NCBI GenBank assembly: GCA_000146045.2
Contig: BK006936.2
Location: 384,001-448,000 of the forward strand
Direction: 5' to 3'
Source of the DNA: TPA_inf: Saccharomyces
Taxonomy: Eukaryota
Length of the DNA stretch: 64,000 bases
The notes beneath the pieces are model-generated. The model saw nothing but the letters and a program-made list of their open reading frames with translations, did not search any database and was not told the DNA's origin. Positions 1-11,382 of this stretch are shown piece after piece. Numbering within the stretch: the first letter of the stretch is position 1; the number at the start of each line of letters is the position of its first letter. The translations under genes and the position numbers were made by a program.

Positions 1-1988
1 GCCCTCATCAGAGGGAAGGGGTGAAGTTCATGTATGATTGCTTAATGGGCTTGGCAAGACCAACTATTGAAAATCCGGATATCGATTGTACTACTAAAAG
101 TTTAGTGTTAGAAAATGACTCAGATATTAGTGGATGCCTTTTGGCTGATGATATGGGTTTAGGTAAAACACTAATGAGTATAACTTTGATTTGGACATTA
201 ATTAGGCAAACTCCTTTTGCATCAAAAGTTTCATGTTCGCAATCAGGCATACCATTAACTGGACTTTGTAAGAAGATTTTAGTCGTTTGTCCCGTTACTT
301 TAATAGGAAATTGGAAAAGAGAATTTGGAAAATGGTTAAATTTGTCAAGAATAGGTGTTTTGACATTAAGCTCAAGGAATTCTCCTGATATGGATAAAAT
401 GGCTGTCAGAAATTTTTTAAAAGTGCAACGAACTTATCAAGTCTTGATTATTGGCTACGAAAAACTCTTGAGTGTTTCTGAAGAATTAGAGAAAAATAAA
501 CATTTGATTGACATGCTGGTGTGTGACGAAGGCCATCGACTAAAAAACGGGGCTTCTAAAATTTTAAATACGCTGAAGAGTTTAGACATAAGAAGGAAGC
601 TTTTGCTTACGGGAACTCCTATACAAAATGATCTTAATGAGTTTTTCACTATTATAGATTTCATAAACCCAGGAATCCTTGGAAGCTTCGCTTCTTTCAA
701 AAGAAGATTCATTATCCCTATAACTAGAGCCAGAGACACTGCAAACAGATACAACGAAGAATTGTTGGAAAAGGGGGAAGAAAGGTCAAAAGAGATGATA
801 GAAATTACGAAAAGATTTATTTTGAGACGAACAAATGCGATTTTAGAAAAGTACCTTCCTCCAAAGACGGATATAATTTTATTCTGTAAACCATACAGCC
901 AACAGATATTGGCATTCAAAGATATTTTGCAGGGCGCACGTTTAGATTTTGGACAATTGACGTTCAGTTCTTCGCTAGGACTAATAACATTACTGAAAAA
1001 GGTTTGTAACTCTCCTGGATTGGTTGGCTCAGATCCCTATTACAAATCACATATAAAGGATACCCAATCTCAGGACAGCTATAGTCGTTCTTTGAACTCT
1101 GGTAAGTTAAAGGTATTAATGACATTACTAGAAGGTATTAGGAAGGGTACCAAGGAGAAGGTCGTCGTAGTGTCTAACTACACTCAAACATTGGATATAA
1201 TTGAAAATTTGATGAATATGGCTGGGATGTCACATTGCAGACTCGACGGTTCCATACCTGCTAAACAAAGGGACTCTATCGTCACATCTTTCAATCGGAA
1301 TCCAGCCATATTTGGATTCTTGTTGAGTGCAAAATCGGGAGGTGTAGGATTGAATCTAGTCGGTGCTTCGCGACTTATTTTATTTGATAATGATTGGAAT
1401 CCTTCAGTAGATTTGCAAGCGATGTCACGAATTCATAGAGATGGTCAAAAAAAGCCGTGCTTCATATATAGACTTGTCACAACTGGGTGTATCGATGAGA
1501 AAATATTGCAAAGGCAATTAATGAAGAACAGTTTGAGCCAAAAATTTCTAGGTGACTCGGAGATGAGAAATAAAGAATCTTCTAATGATGATCTTTTCAA
1601 TAAAGAGGACTTGAAGGACCTGTTTTCTGTCCATACAGATACCAAGAGTAACACACATGACTTAATTTGTTCTTGCGATGGTTTAGGTGAGGAAATTGAA
1701 TATCCTGAAACAAATCAACAGCAGAACACCGTAGAGCTGAGAAAGCGTAGCACTACGACATGGACAAGTGCGCTGGATTTACAAAAGAAAATGAATGAAG
1801 CAGCCACCAACGATGATGCCAAAAAGTCACAATACATTAGGCAATGTCTCGTTCATTATAAGCATATCGATCCAGCAAGACAAGATGAATTATTTGATGA
1901 GGTTATCACAGATTCGTTCACCGAATTGAAAGATAGTATTACCTTTGCGTTTGTAAAGCCCGGCGAGATATGTCTCAGAGAACAATGA
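1..1988 (+). CDS. RDH54: Rad54-family SNF2 DNA-dependent ATPase, C-terminal ~660 aa (N-terminus upstream of window)
   Basis: Open frame from the window edge (frame of ORF 21..1988). Walker A LLADDMGLGKT, DEGH box (CDEGHRLKN) and helicase-C motifs are present. Its position directly upstream of PFF1 matches YBR073W. Confidence 0.85.
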   Translation, partial: PHQREGVKFMYDCLMGLARPTIENPDIDCTTKSLVLENDSDISGCLLADDMGLGKTLMSITLIWTLIRQTPFASKVSCSQSGIPLTGLCKKILVVCPVTLIGNWKREFGKWLNLSRIGVLTLSSRNSPDMDKMAVRNFLKVQRTYQVLIIGYEKLLSVSEELEKNKHLIDMLVCDEGHRLKNGASKILNTLKSLDIRRKLLLTGTPIQNDLNEFFTIIDFINPGILGSFASFKRRFIIPITRARDTANRYNEELLEKGEERSKEMIEITKRFILRRTNAILEKYLPPKTDIILFCKPYSQQILAFKDILQGARLDFGQLTFSSSLGLITLLKKVCNSPGLVGSDPYYKSHIKDTQSQDSYSRSLNSGKLKVLMTLLEGIRKGTKEKVVVVSNYTQTLDIIENLMNMAGMSHCRLDGSIPAKQRDSIVTSFNRNPAIFGFLLSAKSGGVGLNLVGASRLILFDNDWNPSVDLQAMSRIHRDGQKKPCFIYRLVTTGCIDEKILQRQLMKNSLSQKFLGDSEMRNKESSNDDLFNKEDLKDLFSVHTDTKSNTHDLICSCDGLGEEIEYPETNQQQNTVELRKRSTTTWTSALDLQKKMNEAATNDDAKKSQYIRQCLVHYKHIDPARQDELFDEVITDSFTELKDSITFAFVKPGEICLREQ

Positions 1989-2285
1989 CGCCAAATATGG
2001 ACACTTATATACTAAATAAAATAGCTATTATTTAATCACTGATTGTATTTAATAGGTTTATTCTTGCACGACTCATTCAGGTTCAAGTCACATATTAAGT
2101 AGGGCCTATTGCTGATTCAAGTTGATATCCACGTTTTCACTAATTTGATAACGATACGCTGCGGGCGCAAATCAAACATCTGAAAGATTTGAATAGCCTT
2201 TAGTCCCAAAAAAAAAAAAAAAAAAATAATGTGAAAAATTATCTACAAGGAAATAAATTGATAGGTAAAGTTAAAGAATCACGGC

Positions 2286-5216
2286 ATGAAATTAAAAAGT
2301 GTATTCAGATCAGTTCTAAAGTACCGGAAAACAAATTTGAGTTTGCTTCTATTAATCACCTATTCGATTATTACGTTACTCTATATCTTTGATCATGAAC
2401 GTTATAAACTCAATCTACCAAAAGAGGATGAGCACCCTGAATTCAATGACTTATTAGAAACAGCATGGGGGGACTTACAGATTATCACGGCCTCTTTTCA
2501 TCCGTACACGTCCAAAGAAAATGATAAAGTACATGATTACTTGCTCAAAAGGGTTCTTGAAATTACAGGGAATTCTTCGTTTGCAAGTGTTTCAGATGAC
2601 AAAGAAAGCGAGAGATCCATATTATTTCAGCAACAAGATCCTTTCAATGAGTCATCTAGGTTTTCGAGAGTGACATATTTTGAATCTTCTAATATATTAG
2701 TTAAGCTTGAGGGTAAAAATCCTGAGGAAGAAGGGTTACTTCTTTCAGCTCATTTCGACTCTGTACCCACAGGATATGGAGCTACCGATGACGGCATGGG
2801 TGTAGTGTCTTTACTAGCGAACCTCAAGTACCATATAAAGCACAGACCGAACAGGACTTTAATTTTCAACTTTAATAATAATGAAGAGTTTGGCCTACTA
2901 GGTGCATCAACTTATTTTGATCACTCATGGTCTAATTTAACCAAGTATGTGATAAATTTAGAGGGAACTGGTGCTGGTGGTAAAGCTGTACTGTTCCGAA
3001 CTTCAGATACTTCAACAGCAAGAATATACCAACAGTCTGTTAAGGAAAATCCATTTGGTAACTCTATCTACCAGCAAGGTTTTTATAGCAGATATGTCAG
3101 GAGTGAGACAGACTACAAGATTTACGAAGAAAATGGCATGAGAGGCTGGGATGTCGCATTCTACAAACCGAGAAACCTTTATCATACCATAAAGGATTCA
3201 ATACAATATACCTCCAAGGCATCTTTATGGCATATGCTACATACTTCCTTACAATTAAGTGCATATGTGGCTTCTAATTCATTGGATACAGCTGACCAAA
3301 CGCCGGCTTGTTATTTTGATTTTATCGGTTTGAAGTTTTTCGTTATAAGCGCTAAAACGCTTTTCTATTGGAACTGCATATTTCTATTAGTTTCACCCGT
3401 TGTGGCCATTGGCTTGTATTTAATTTCTCGTGATAGAATGACTTGGAAATCTTATTCATGGCTATCGTGGACACGCTTTCCTCTTTCATTAGCCGCTGGT
3501 ATTATTGTCCAAAAGCTTTTCTCTAACGACATAATTCGTTCCAATCCTTTGACGTTCTCAAGGAACTACTTTTGGCCTATCTCGGCTTTTTTCACTCAAG
3601 TAATTTTTACCAGTTATGTTCTGATTAATTGCTCCAATTTTTTTTTCCCCTGTGCCGATATGAAAAGCCTATCAATTATCGAATTGTTCATTATTTTATG
3701 GACCATTTTACTTTTTACGTCGAAGTTATTGTATAGTTCCGACTATAGGTATACCGGGCTTTATCCTCTCTCGATTTTCTTTCTTCTGAGCACAATAGCT
3801 GCTATATTGAGACTACTTGCACTAGCGTTGGGAATGAGAACAAGGAAGAGGCTTGGTAGAGAATGTAGGGACCATCACTCCAATTACAGCTCCCATTCTC
3901 AAATAGATATGGAACGAGACGGTCAGGAAAACTTGGAACAACCCCAAGATCAACTTACATCGTCACAAGACGATCAAGCAAGTATCCAAGATGATAATGT
4001 GTCAACTACTTCAGCTGGCCCATCACATAATGTTGACGAGGATCATGGTATGGATTCATCGTCACAACAACATGATGAAAGGGTACCATTACTGAAGGGG
4101 TCTAATAGCATGGAGGAAGGATTGAGTACTAGAGAAAATTCTCTAAAACTTGAGTATACCGATTATGCCTGGATCATTCAATTTTTGCTAATTGTACCAA
4201 TACCATCATTTATTTTGTTTAACAGTGTGGATGTTATCATGGACGCACTAAACCATACTGTCCAGGAAGGAAGTAAGGCTACATTTGATGTACTCAGGTT
4301 CGGAATGGTGGGCAGTATTTTGATCGCGCTACCAATTTTACCTTTTTTCTATAAGGTCAACTATATCACAATTTCTTTAACTGCACTGCTTTTCTTGATT
4401 TCCGCATCCAAAACGCTCCTAGTGCACCCCTTTACCAATAGTAACCCATTAAAAGTAAGGTTTTCTCAAAATATTGATTTGTCTCAAGGGAACGCTGCCA
4501 GTGTACATGTCCTTGGAAGAGAAGGAAATTTTTTAAAACCTATGCTGCAAGATTTACCAAGTATAAAATATAGCTCTACACATATTAACTGTACTTCCGT
4601 AACCAATGGAATGGAACTTTGTATGTATGATGGAATGCAACCTAATTTATTGAGCACGAATGGAAATACGAACATCAGCAGTATGGTCAAGGTTCATGTT
4701 TTACATAATAACCGAAACTCAACAGAGAGATCTCCTTACGAACCAATAGTTGCAGAGTTACTTTTGGAGGTGAAGGAGAACAGGGCTTGCACTTTAACTT
4801 TTGAAAGTAGACATCAGGCGAAGTCACCTGTCAGAGAAATCACGGTATATCAAAAGAAAAATTCGGCCCCACAGAAAGCTAATATCACGAAGACGATCAA
4901 GTCTGCTTCTGGCATAAACGAACTGCAATTGCATAAACTTGATTTCGATCAGGAAACTTACCATATCGGAGTCCAGTGGTTTCCAAAACTTTTGACGGAT
5001 GGAAATGTAGAGGATGACAAGTTGGGGACAAAAGACGAACTGTCTGTTTCTATTAGCTGTTATTGGGGAGAATATGATTCGGAATCGGTTGTAAATGGTA
5101 CCGCTGTTAGGAAAATTCCAGCATTTGATGAATTGATAAATTACGCACCTCTAAGTTTTTCCTTTACCAACGAACAGAAAGGATTAGTTATTGTCAAGGA
5201 TGCTATAATTTTATAA
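2286..5216 (+). CDS. PFF1: Vacuolar membrane M28-family metalloprotease, 976 aa, multi-TM
   Basis: ATG at 2286. It has an M28 peptidase core (HFDSV...GATDDGMG...NNEEFGLLGA) and a long hydrophobic multi-pass region. Size and neighbours match YBR074W. Confidence 0.85.
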   Translation: MKLKSVFRSVLKYRKTNLSLLLLITYSIITLLYIFDHERYKLNLPKEDEHPEFNDLLETAWGDLQIITASFHPYTSKENDKVHDYLLKRVLEITGNSSFASVSDDKESERSILFQQQDPFNESSRFSRVTYFESSNILVKLEGKNPEEEGLLLSAHFDSVPTGYGATDDGMGVVSLLANLKYHIKHRPNRTLIFNFNNNEEFGLLGASTYFDHSWSNLTKYVINLEGTGAGGKAVLFRTSDTSTARIYQQSVKENPFGNSIYQQGFYSRYVRSETDYKIYEENGMRGWDVAFYKPRNLYHTIKDSIQYTSKASLWHMLHTSLQLSAYVASNSLDTADQTPACYFDFIGLKFFVISAKTLFYWNCIFLLVSPVVAIGLYLISRDRMTWKSYSWLSWTRFPLSLAAGIIVQKLFSNDIIRSNPLTFSRNYFWPISAFFTQVIFTSYVLINCSNFFFPCADMKSLSIIELFIILWTILLFTSKLLYSSDYRYTGLYPLSIFFLLSTIAAILRLLALALGMRTRKRLGRECRDHHSNYSSHSQIDMERDGQENLEQPQDQLTSSQDDQASIQDDNVSTTSAGPSHNVDEDHGMDSSSQQHDERVPLLKGSNSMEEGLSTRENSLKLEYTDYAWIIQFLLIVPIPSFILFNSVDVIMDALNHTVQEGSKATFDVLRFGMVGSILIALPILPFFYKVNYITISLTALLFLISASKTLLVHPFTNSNPLKVRFSQNIDLSQGNAASVHVLGREGNFLKPMLQDLPSIKYSSTHINCTSVTNGMELCMYDGMQPNLLSTNGNTNISSMVKVHVLHNNRNSTERSPYEPIVAELLLEVKENRACTLTFESRHQAKSPVREITVYQKKNSAPQKANITKTIKSASGINELQLHKLDFDQETYHIGVQWFPKLLTDGNVEDDKLGTKDELSVSISCYWGEYDSESVVNGTAVRKIPAFDELINYAPLSFSFTNEQKGLVIVKDAIIL

Positions 5217-6226
5217 TTCTAATTAGTTTTAAATGTAAATTTTTATAAACTCAAATTCGCCTACTGGGGGAGTTGTCCAAAGGCTTCGCTTCTTCCCACA
5301 AGAAGAACAAAATAATAAAAAATATTTTGAGAAATTTTTCGTAACAAAAGGAAAAACTATTGAGTTTAACTTATGAATGTACTTTACTGGCCAAGAATCC
5401 GTCTGGAACCATTCTACGGTGCTCTCTTCGTAGCGCTAAAGACAGCTATAGTGGATATTCAGACGGTATTGAAAATCACTAATGATATCAGTTAACAAAG
5501 TAAGAAACATGTTTCGTCAGATAAGTTCTACACTGCTGCAAGTGCATACAATGCTCGTTTTTATAAAGTCCTAAATTATATAACCCTCCAGTAACTATTA
5601 GAAAATAGCACGCAATAATGCTAGCGATATACAAATAACCTGTAAATCTATATATTTATTAAGTATAAAGATAATGGTCTTGGAAATGGTTCTTCAGGGA
5701 TTGTGATTGACTATAGCCGGATATCGTTTGGATCAAGAGCTTGGTTAAGCGGATATTTAAGTTATTTTAATATATCGCTTTGTCCAAAAGCAAGTTTTGG
5801 AGGTGGGATCTCAATTTACACGATACAGTATTAACCAAATCTTGATAGCAAAAAAATGCAAAATATCGTATAAGTGAAGGCAAAGCATTGTCCAATGTAA
5901 GGTTCTGTGCCGCCCTTCCCTTTTTTGAAAGCTGCTAGATATCATTGTTACCCTTTTTAATTTCTACGCTATTCTCGGACGTCATAATTTTATAGTTACT
6001 GACACTAAAAAAAGGGTCGTACGTCTTACTGGCAGCGCCGAAAAATGTTTCGAAAATACACCTTAACACATTGAAGTAGTGATGATTTCATAAAAAACCA
6101 CAAGAATTTGTTCGCTAATACATTAATTCGGTACTAGACTTTATTGACTCGTATATTTCTAACGAATAAATCACCCACTCTTGCTATCCTAACAGTATTT
6201 AATATTAGCTATTTAAAAGCCTTAAG

Positions 6227-7291
6227 ATGGACTATGGCTACTTTTTTCCCGCACAACGTATTGAAGAAACAAATGGTGTGGATTTTTGGATAGACAGTAA
6301 TGCTGAATTTACACAGTCTAAAAGACCTGACTCTTCAACATCCACTCTTTCGAGGGTTTTAACGGACACCACGAATGTATCCAATAATAGTGGATCACTC
6401 AAAAGAAAAACCATCAAGAACAAAATATTCCCACAAAGGAAAATATTCAACGATAGCGAAAATTTTGACTTTGGTAAAGCCAACACTGATTGTAAGCATG
6501 TGTTTAAAAGTATTTCTAAGCAACTGATTTTTCTTCCAAGGTGTTTCCAACATCACAGTATCCGAGGCTGGATGAAAGACAGATACTCCGAATTTGGTTA
6601 TAAAATAAAAAGAAATCAAAATTGTCCCCCCTCAGCATGTGTACAGGCACTATACAATACTAGTAGATCCAATACCGAAGAGTCAAACCCCAACAGTCTG
6701 GATTCTCTGATAATGTATAAATACATGCGATACTCTGAAAAGAAAAAGGAATTGATGTGCAGATTTTGCCAGGGGAATAATTGGATTCTAGCTGAAAACT
6801 ACCTAAAACATTTATTCTTTGCGCACGGCATTTTGTCTGAATTTAAGCCTCACACTTTATACCATTTCGAGTCTAAGCTGTTAAAAATCCAGGGAAAACT
6901 TAATTTCAAAATTCAAGTATTAAAAGAGCCAGAGTTTAGCAAAAAAATTTTGAACTCTCTTACTGTATCCATCATTCCCTCTCCTTTGGCCTACTACACT
7001 CAAACGTTGAACGGGGGATTTAGGAGAATCCATGTGAAATGCCCCCACTGCGAAAATTGGATCCGTTTGGGTTGGTGTGAATACGATGAAATCATTAGGG
7101 ATTCCTTTCAGGATTTCGAGTCTCTAAGAAACCTCAATGCTGATTATAATGGGATGTCGTATATTCAAACACGCAATAGAGAAGACATTGAAGGTATATA
7201 CGAGAATTATTTTACACACTACATCCAATGCGACTTAGCCACGTTCCGAACGAAATGTTTATATGTCCAAGTTATAACAAAAAGCAATTGA
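6227..7291 (+). CDS. ECM8: Non-essential protein of unknown function, 354 aa
   Basis: ATG-initiated 354-aa ORF in the YBR076W position between PFF1 and SLM4. Symbol is recalled from gene order, not from motifs. Confidence 0.7.
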   Translation: MDYGYFFPAQRIEETNGVDFWIDSNAEFTQSKRPDSSTSTLSRVLTDTTNVSNNSGSLKRKTIKNKIFPQRKIFNDSENFDFGKANTDCKHVFKSISKQLIFLPRCFQHHSIRGWMKDRYSEFGYKIKRNQNCPPSACVQALYNTSRSNTEESNPNSLDSLIMYKYMRYSEKKKELMCRFCQGNNWILAENYLKHLFFAHGILSEFKPHTLYHFESKLLKIQGKLNFKIQVLKEPEFSKKILNSLTVSIIPSPLAYYTQTLNGGFRRIHVKCPHCENWIRLGWCEYDEIIRDSFQDFESLRNLNADYNGMSYIQTRNREDIEGIYENYFTHYIQCDLATFRTKCLYVQVITKSN

Positions 7292-7804
7292 TTGTGTACG
7301 CAAGATATTAAAAATAAATGATCATATAACAAATCAAACAAAATTTGCCGCTAGTAACGAACTAAACGATTACGAGACGGCTGATAAATACTAATATTCA
7401 CCATCCTAGCGAAGAAACGCTTTAAATTTATAACGGTTACCATCCAAAATAATGAACATAAGCAGATCTGGCACCGTAGCAGCTCATTGGGGAAAAAAAA
7501 GCTGTCATGTAGGGCCCTCTGAGCATAATAAAAAAAGAAGATGCTTCCGTTCAATAACAGCGATAGGTAGATGGGGGAAAAAAAGGAGAGGAAGATGAGG
7601 CCCTTATGTACGTGCATATATATGTGCGAGTGCACGAAAGTGCACCACGGCAATCCGCGTAATCAAGCTTATGTAAATGGCGTGTCTGCGTAAACTCTGT
7701 CCCTGCGAAAATGTGTTTATTTATAGACTGTTCGCATTGTTTTTTCCAGCCCCCATCCGGAGACGCATGAAAAGGTGTGGCCTCGATACATATTGTTAAA
7801 CCCA

Positions 7805-8293
7805 TCAACCTAGCTTGTAGCCAAACAAATCAGTCAACTCTCTCATAGCTCTTTCAATTTTAATTACCAGTAGTCCGTAAGGGAAGCTACCTTCCGCAAT
7901 GAACAATAGCAAAAGGTCGCTATTGGGTATCTGTGCGACACAGGTATGTAAATCTTCCATTTCGTAAGTATATATTTTTGTCTTAAAGGAGTCGATTTCC
8001 ACAGGGTAACAGCTATTGGAGTGCTGTTCCTCAGTATCGTTTTCATCCTCTGACCACTTATCCTTAATCAATAAGCTCATCATTTTCAAGTTATTGACCG
8101 AGTTTATTTCGTTTATGGAATTTTTCGGTACATCGTTGTTTGACGTCGCATAGGACAGTATACCCCCATTAGTGGCGGTTATAATCATAGACGATTGCAA
8201 AGACGATGTCTTGAAGTCTACCGAATGCAAATCATACGGTTTCAAAGTGTTTTCCAGAAACCCTTTAACGTTTTTAGAATGGAGCATCACCAT
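7805..8293 (-). CDS. SLM4: EGO/GSE complex subunit (Ego3), 162 aa
   Basis: 162-aa ORF MVMLHSKNVKGFLENTLKPYDLHSV..., ATG at 8293. Position is divergent from ECM33 (YBR077C). Confidence 0.85.
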   Translation of the reverse strand: MVMLHSKNVKGFLENTLKPYDLHSVDFKTSSLQSSMIITATNGGILSYATSNNDVPKNSINEINSVNNLKMMSLLIKDKWSEDENDTEEQHSNSCYPVEIDSFKTKIYTYEMEDLHTCVAQIPNSDLLLLFIAEGSFPYGLLVIKIERAMRELTDLFGYKLG

Positions 8294-8535
8294 ATTGCTT
8301 CAATATTTTGGATACCGTTTGCTGCTGATAACTGCCTTTTTTTTTTCTTCTTATCTTCCCTTAATTAATTCATTAGAGTCTTTTTAGCTTATATGCCAAA
8401 TGAAGCAATTGTTTTTCTTTTTCTTCGTCTCTCTCTCCATATTCACCTGTTACCCAGAGGGCACCATTCATATCATTATCAACGTAAAATCTGCGAATTA
8501 CCGTAAACCGCAAAAAAAAAAGGATGGCGGGCAGT

Positions 8536-8548
8536 ATCATCCTTCACG
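8536..8548 (+). promoter_or_regulatory. Abf1 consensus (RTCRYN5ACG: ATCATCCTTCACG) in the SLM4/ECM33 divergent promoter
   Basis: Exact match to the Abf1 consensus within a GC-rich block (8520..8720) of an otherwise AT-rich intergenic region. Confidence 0.4.
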
Positions 8549-9122
8549 ACCCGGGTGGCTGCTGCGCCCTCGCGAAAAAGAAATGAAATGGAGTGCAAAA
8601 ACGGGAAAGACGCGCCACCGTTTCTGGCCCACGCGCTCATTCTCAGTGGCCAGGCACTAGAGACAGGACTGAAACCGCGTTACCACAACAAACAAAGGCA
8701 ACGTGCAGTAAACAACCATCCCTCCTGGGATCGAAATCAAAAGTACAAACCTCAGATCGAACTGAAAAATTTTCGGTAGCGTGCTTGAGCCGGTATAAAT
8801 ATTCAATGTCAAACACCTACGACTTTTCGCAATCAACGGACCTCTCTTGCATTTTTGTATTTAATATGTGAAGATCTTTCCTCTGCATTTTCTTTCCTTC
8901 TTTATCTTTCTTGGCTTTTCACCCTTTCTCTTCTTTTTAGAACATCATCTTTGAGTACTTCGGCCACTTTTAGAAAAGAAATTAAATAAAAGAGTTAATC
9001 GTTCATTCGCTTCTACACAGTTTAATCTTTTCCATTTTTCTTTCAACAAGTCCCTTTGAGCTATCAAGAATACGTTTATTTGACTTTTAAAGATCTAGTT
9101 TTAATTTTACTATTATTCCGCA

Positions 9123-9180
9123 ATGCAATTCAAGAACGCTTTGACTGCTACTGCTATTCTAAGTGCCTCCGCTCTAGCTG
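9123..9180 (+). CDS. ECM33: ECM33 exon 1 (signal peptide MQFKNALTATAILSASALA + 1 nt)
   Basis: ATG at 9123; exon ends immediately before GTATGT at 9181. The exon-1/exon-2 join restores MQFKNALTATAILSASALAANSTTSIPSS... Confidence 0.9.
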
Positions 9181-9510
9181 GTATGTACACATTCTCCTTT
9201 TTTTTCATCTTTTTTTCTTTATTTGCCTCTTTCCTCACAAATCTCGAGTAGATTCGTGGTCCTCTTCATTCTTTTCTTTTTTCTTTGTCGATTACTGGGC
9301 TTTTTTTCATAGGTCTCGATTGACGCGGACGGACAATGCGAAAAAAAAAAATTTCCAAAAGAGGAAACGGGTTTCGAGATCTCGTGAGGATGGTTTTGGA
9401 ATATTCTTCAATATTTCTGCCTGTCATAGGATTAGGGCGAGTAATGAAACAGAATAATACATGTATAAATCGATCGGGAATACTAACACTACTTTTCTTT
9501 ATCTAAGCAG
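9181..9510 (+). other. ECM33: ECM33 intron (330 nt)
   Basis: 5' splice site GTATGT at 9181, branchpoint TACTAAC at 9481..9487, 3' splice site CAG ending at 9510. An in-frame TAA at 9504 explains why the ORF track only starts at 9582. Confidence 0.9.
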
Positions 9511-10742
9511 CTAACTCAACTACTTCTATTCCATCTTCATGTAGTATTGGTACTTCTGCCACTGCTACTGCTCAAGCTGATTTGGACAAAATCTCCGGTT
9601 GTAGTACCATTGTTGGTAACTTGACCATCACCGGTGACTTGGGTTCCGCTGCTTTGGCTAGTATCCAAGAGATTGATGGTTCCTTGACTATCTTCAACTC
9701 CAGTTCTTTATCTTCTTTCTCCGCTGACTCTATCAAGAAAATCACCGGTGATTTGAACATGCAAGAATTGATCATTTTGACCAGTGCTTCTTTCGGTTCT
9801 TTGCAAGAAGTAGACTCCATTAACATGGTGACTTTGCCTGCCATTTCTACCTTCTCCACCGATTTACAAAATGCTAACAACATTATTGTTTCTGACACCA
9901 CTTTGGAAAGTGTCGAAGGTTTCTCCACTTTGAAGAAGGTTAATGTTTTTAACATCAACAACAACAGATATCTAAACTCTTTCCAATCTTCCTTGGAAAG
10001 TGTCTCTGACTCTTTACAATTCTCTTCCAACGGTGACAACACTACTTTGGCCTTCGACAATTTGGTCTGGGCTAACAACATCACTTTGAGAGATGTTAAC
10101 TCTATTTCTTTCGGTAGTTTGCAAACTGTTAACGCTTCCTTAGGTTTCATTAACAACACTTTGCCAAGTTTGAACTTGACCCAATTGAGCAAGGTTGGTC
10201 AATCTTTGTCTATCGTCTCCAACGATGAATTATCCAAGGCCGCTTTCAGTAACTTGACTACTGTTGGTGGTGGTTTCATCATTGCTAACAACACACAATT
10301 GAAGGTCATTGACGGTTTTAACAAGGTTCAAACTGTTGGTGGTGCCATTGAAGTTACTGGTAACTTCTCAACCTTGGACTTATCTTCTTTGAAGTCTGTT
10401 AGAGGTGGTGCTAACTTCGACTCTTCTTCCAGTAACTTCTCCTGTAACGCTTTGAAGAAGTTGCAAAGTAACGGTGCTATTCAAGGTGACTCTTTTGTTT
10501 GCAAGAACGGTGCCACATCTACCTCCGTTAAGCTATCCTCTACTTCTACTGAATCATCCAAGAGCTCTGCTACATCTTCCGCTTCTTCTAGTGGTGATGC
10601 CTCCAATGCTCAAGCTAACGTTTCAGCTTCCGCTAGCTCTTCTTCCTCTTCTTCTAAGAAGTCTAAGGGTGCTGCTCCAGAACTTGTTCCAGCCACTTCA
10701 TTCATGGGTGTCGTTGCTGCTGTTGGCGTTGCCTTACTATAA
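9511..10742 (+). CDS. ECM33: ECM33 exon 2; GPI-anchored cell-wall/plasma-membrane protein (Sps2 family), Ser-rich C-terminus with hydrophobic GPI signal
   Basis: Continues the frame of ORF 9582..10742. It has a Ser/Thr-rich stalk and a C-terminal hydrophobic tail (GAAPELVPATSFMGVVAAVGVALL). Confidence 0.9.
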
Positions 10743-11382
10743 GATTAAAGCAACAATTTGTGTTTCTATTATTACTTTAATTTCTTCTCTAATGATTTCT
10801 TTACCATTCCTTTTTTATTATGAGACGGTTGGTTCATCACTGAATTTTATATGTAGATAAAATTTTAGTGTCGTTAATATCTCTTTTATTTCTTATTGTT
10901 ACTATATTATTACTGTTTTGAAGTTCCAGTTTCATCAACTTTTGCTACCTTAATTAAAAGAACCACTCAGACTTTTTACCATCCTTTAGCTTTACCTAAT
11001 ATAATGAAATTTGTCTAAGTAACATAAAAAAAAGGAGTAAAGAAAAAAAAAAAATAAGTAAATGAAATAAAATATAAAAAAATTCTTACTACGGTTTAAA
11101 ACAAAGTGCTCTTCCGCTAACGTTTCAAGTTTCTAAAGAATCGTTAGGGCCTTTTAACGGATCGCTTTTTTAAAACAGTAAAACGTTATTTATAGTTATT
11201 TATACCAACTATTTCTCGAAATTCGTTTTTAAAATAACTGCCATCTTTACTGCTCTTCTGCTCCTTCCTTTGACATGAAAAAGCAATCAGAAAGAAATAG
11301 TCTAATAAATTGTTATTATGTACACATACTCTTATACGTATAAAAAACGGTATAAATTAAGTAGATCATTTTGCGTTGTCTG

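Noticed and set aside
455-919. 154-aa minus-strand ORF inside RDH54, and similar antisense ORFs inside PFF1 (4484..4690), IST2 (36394..36651), PHO3/PHO5 (44329.., 46409..), VPS15, EXO84
   Set aside because: All are embedded in the opposite strand of well-supported genes, are short, and lack splice or regulatory context.
9056-9457. 133-aa plus-strand ORF spanning the ECM33 start
   Set aside because: It is the wrong frame of ECM33 exon 1 reading on through the intron (FFFSFF... T-rich translation). The spliced ECM33 model explains the locus.
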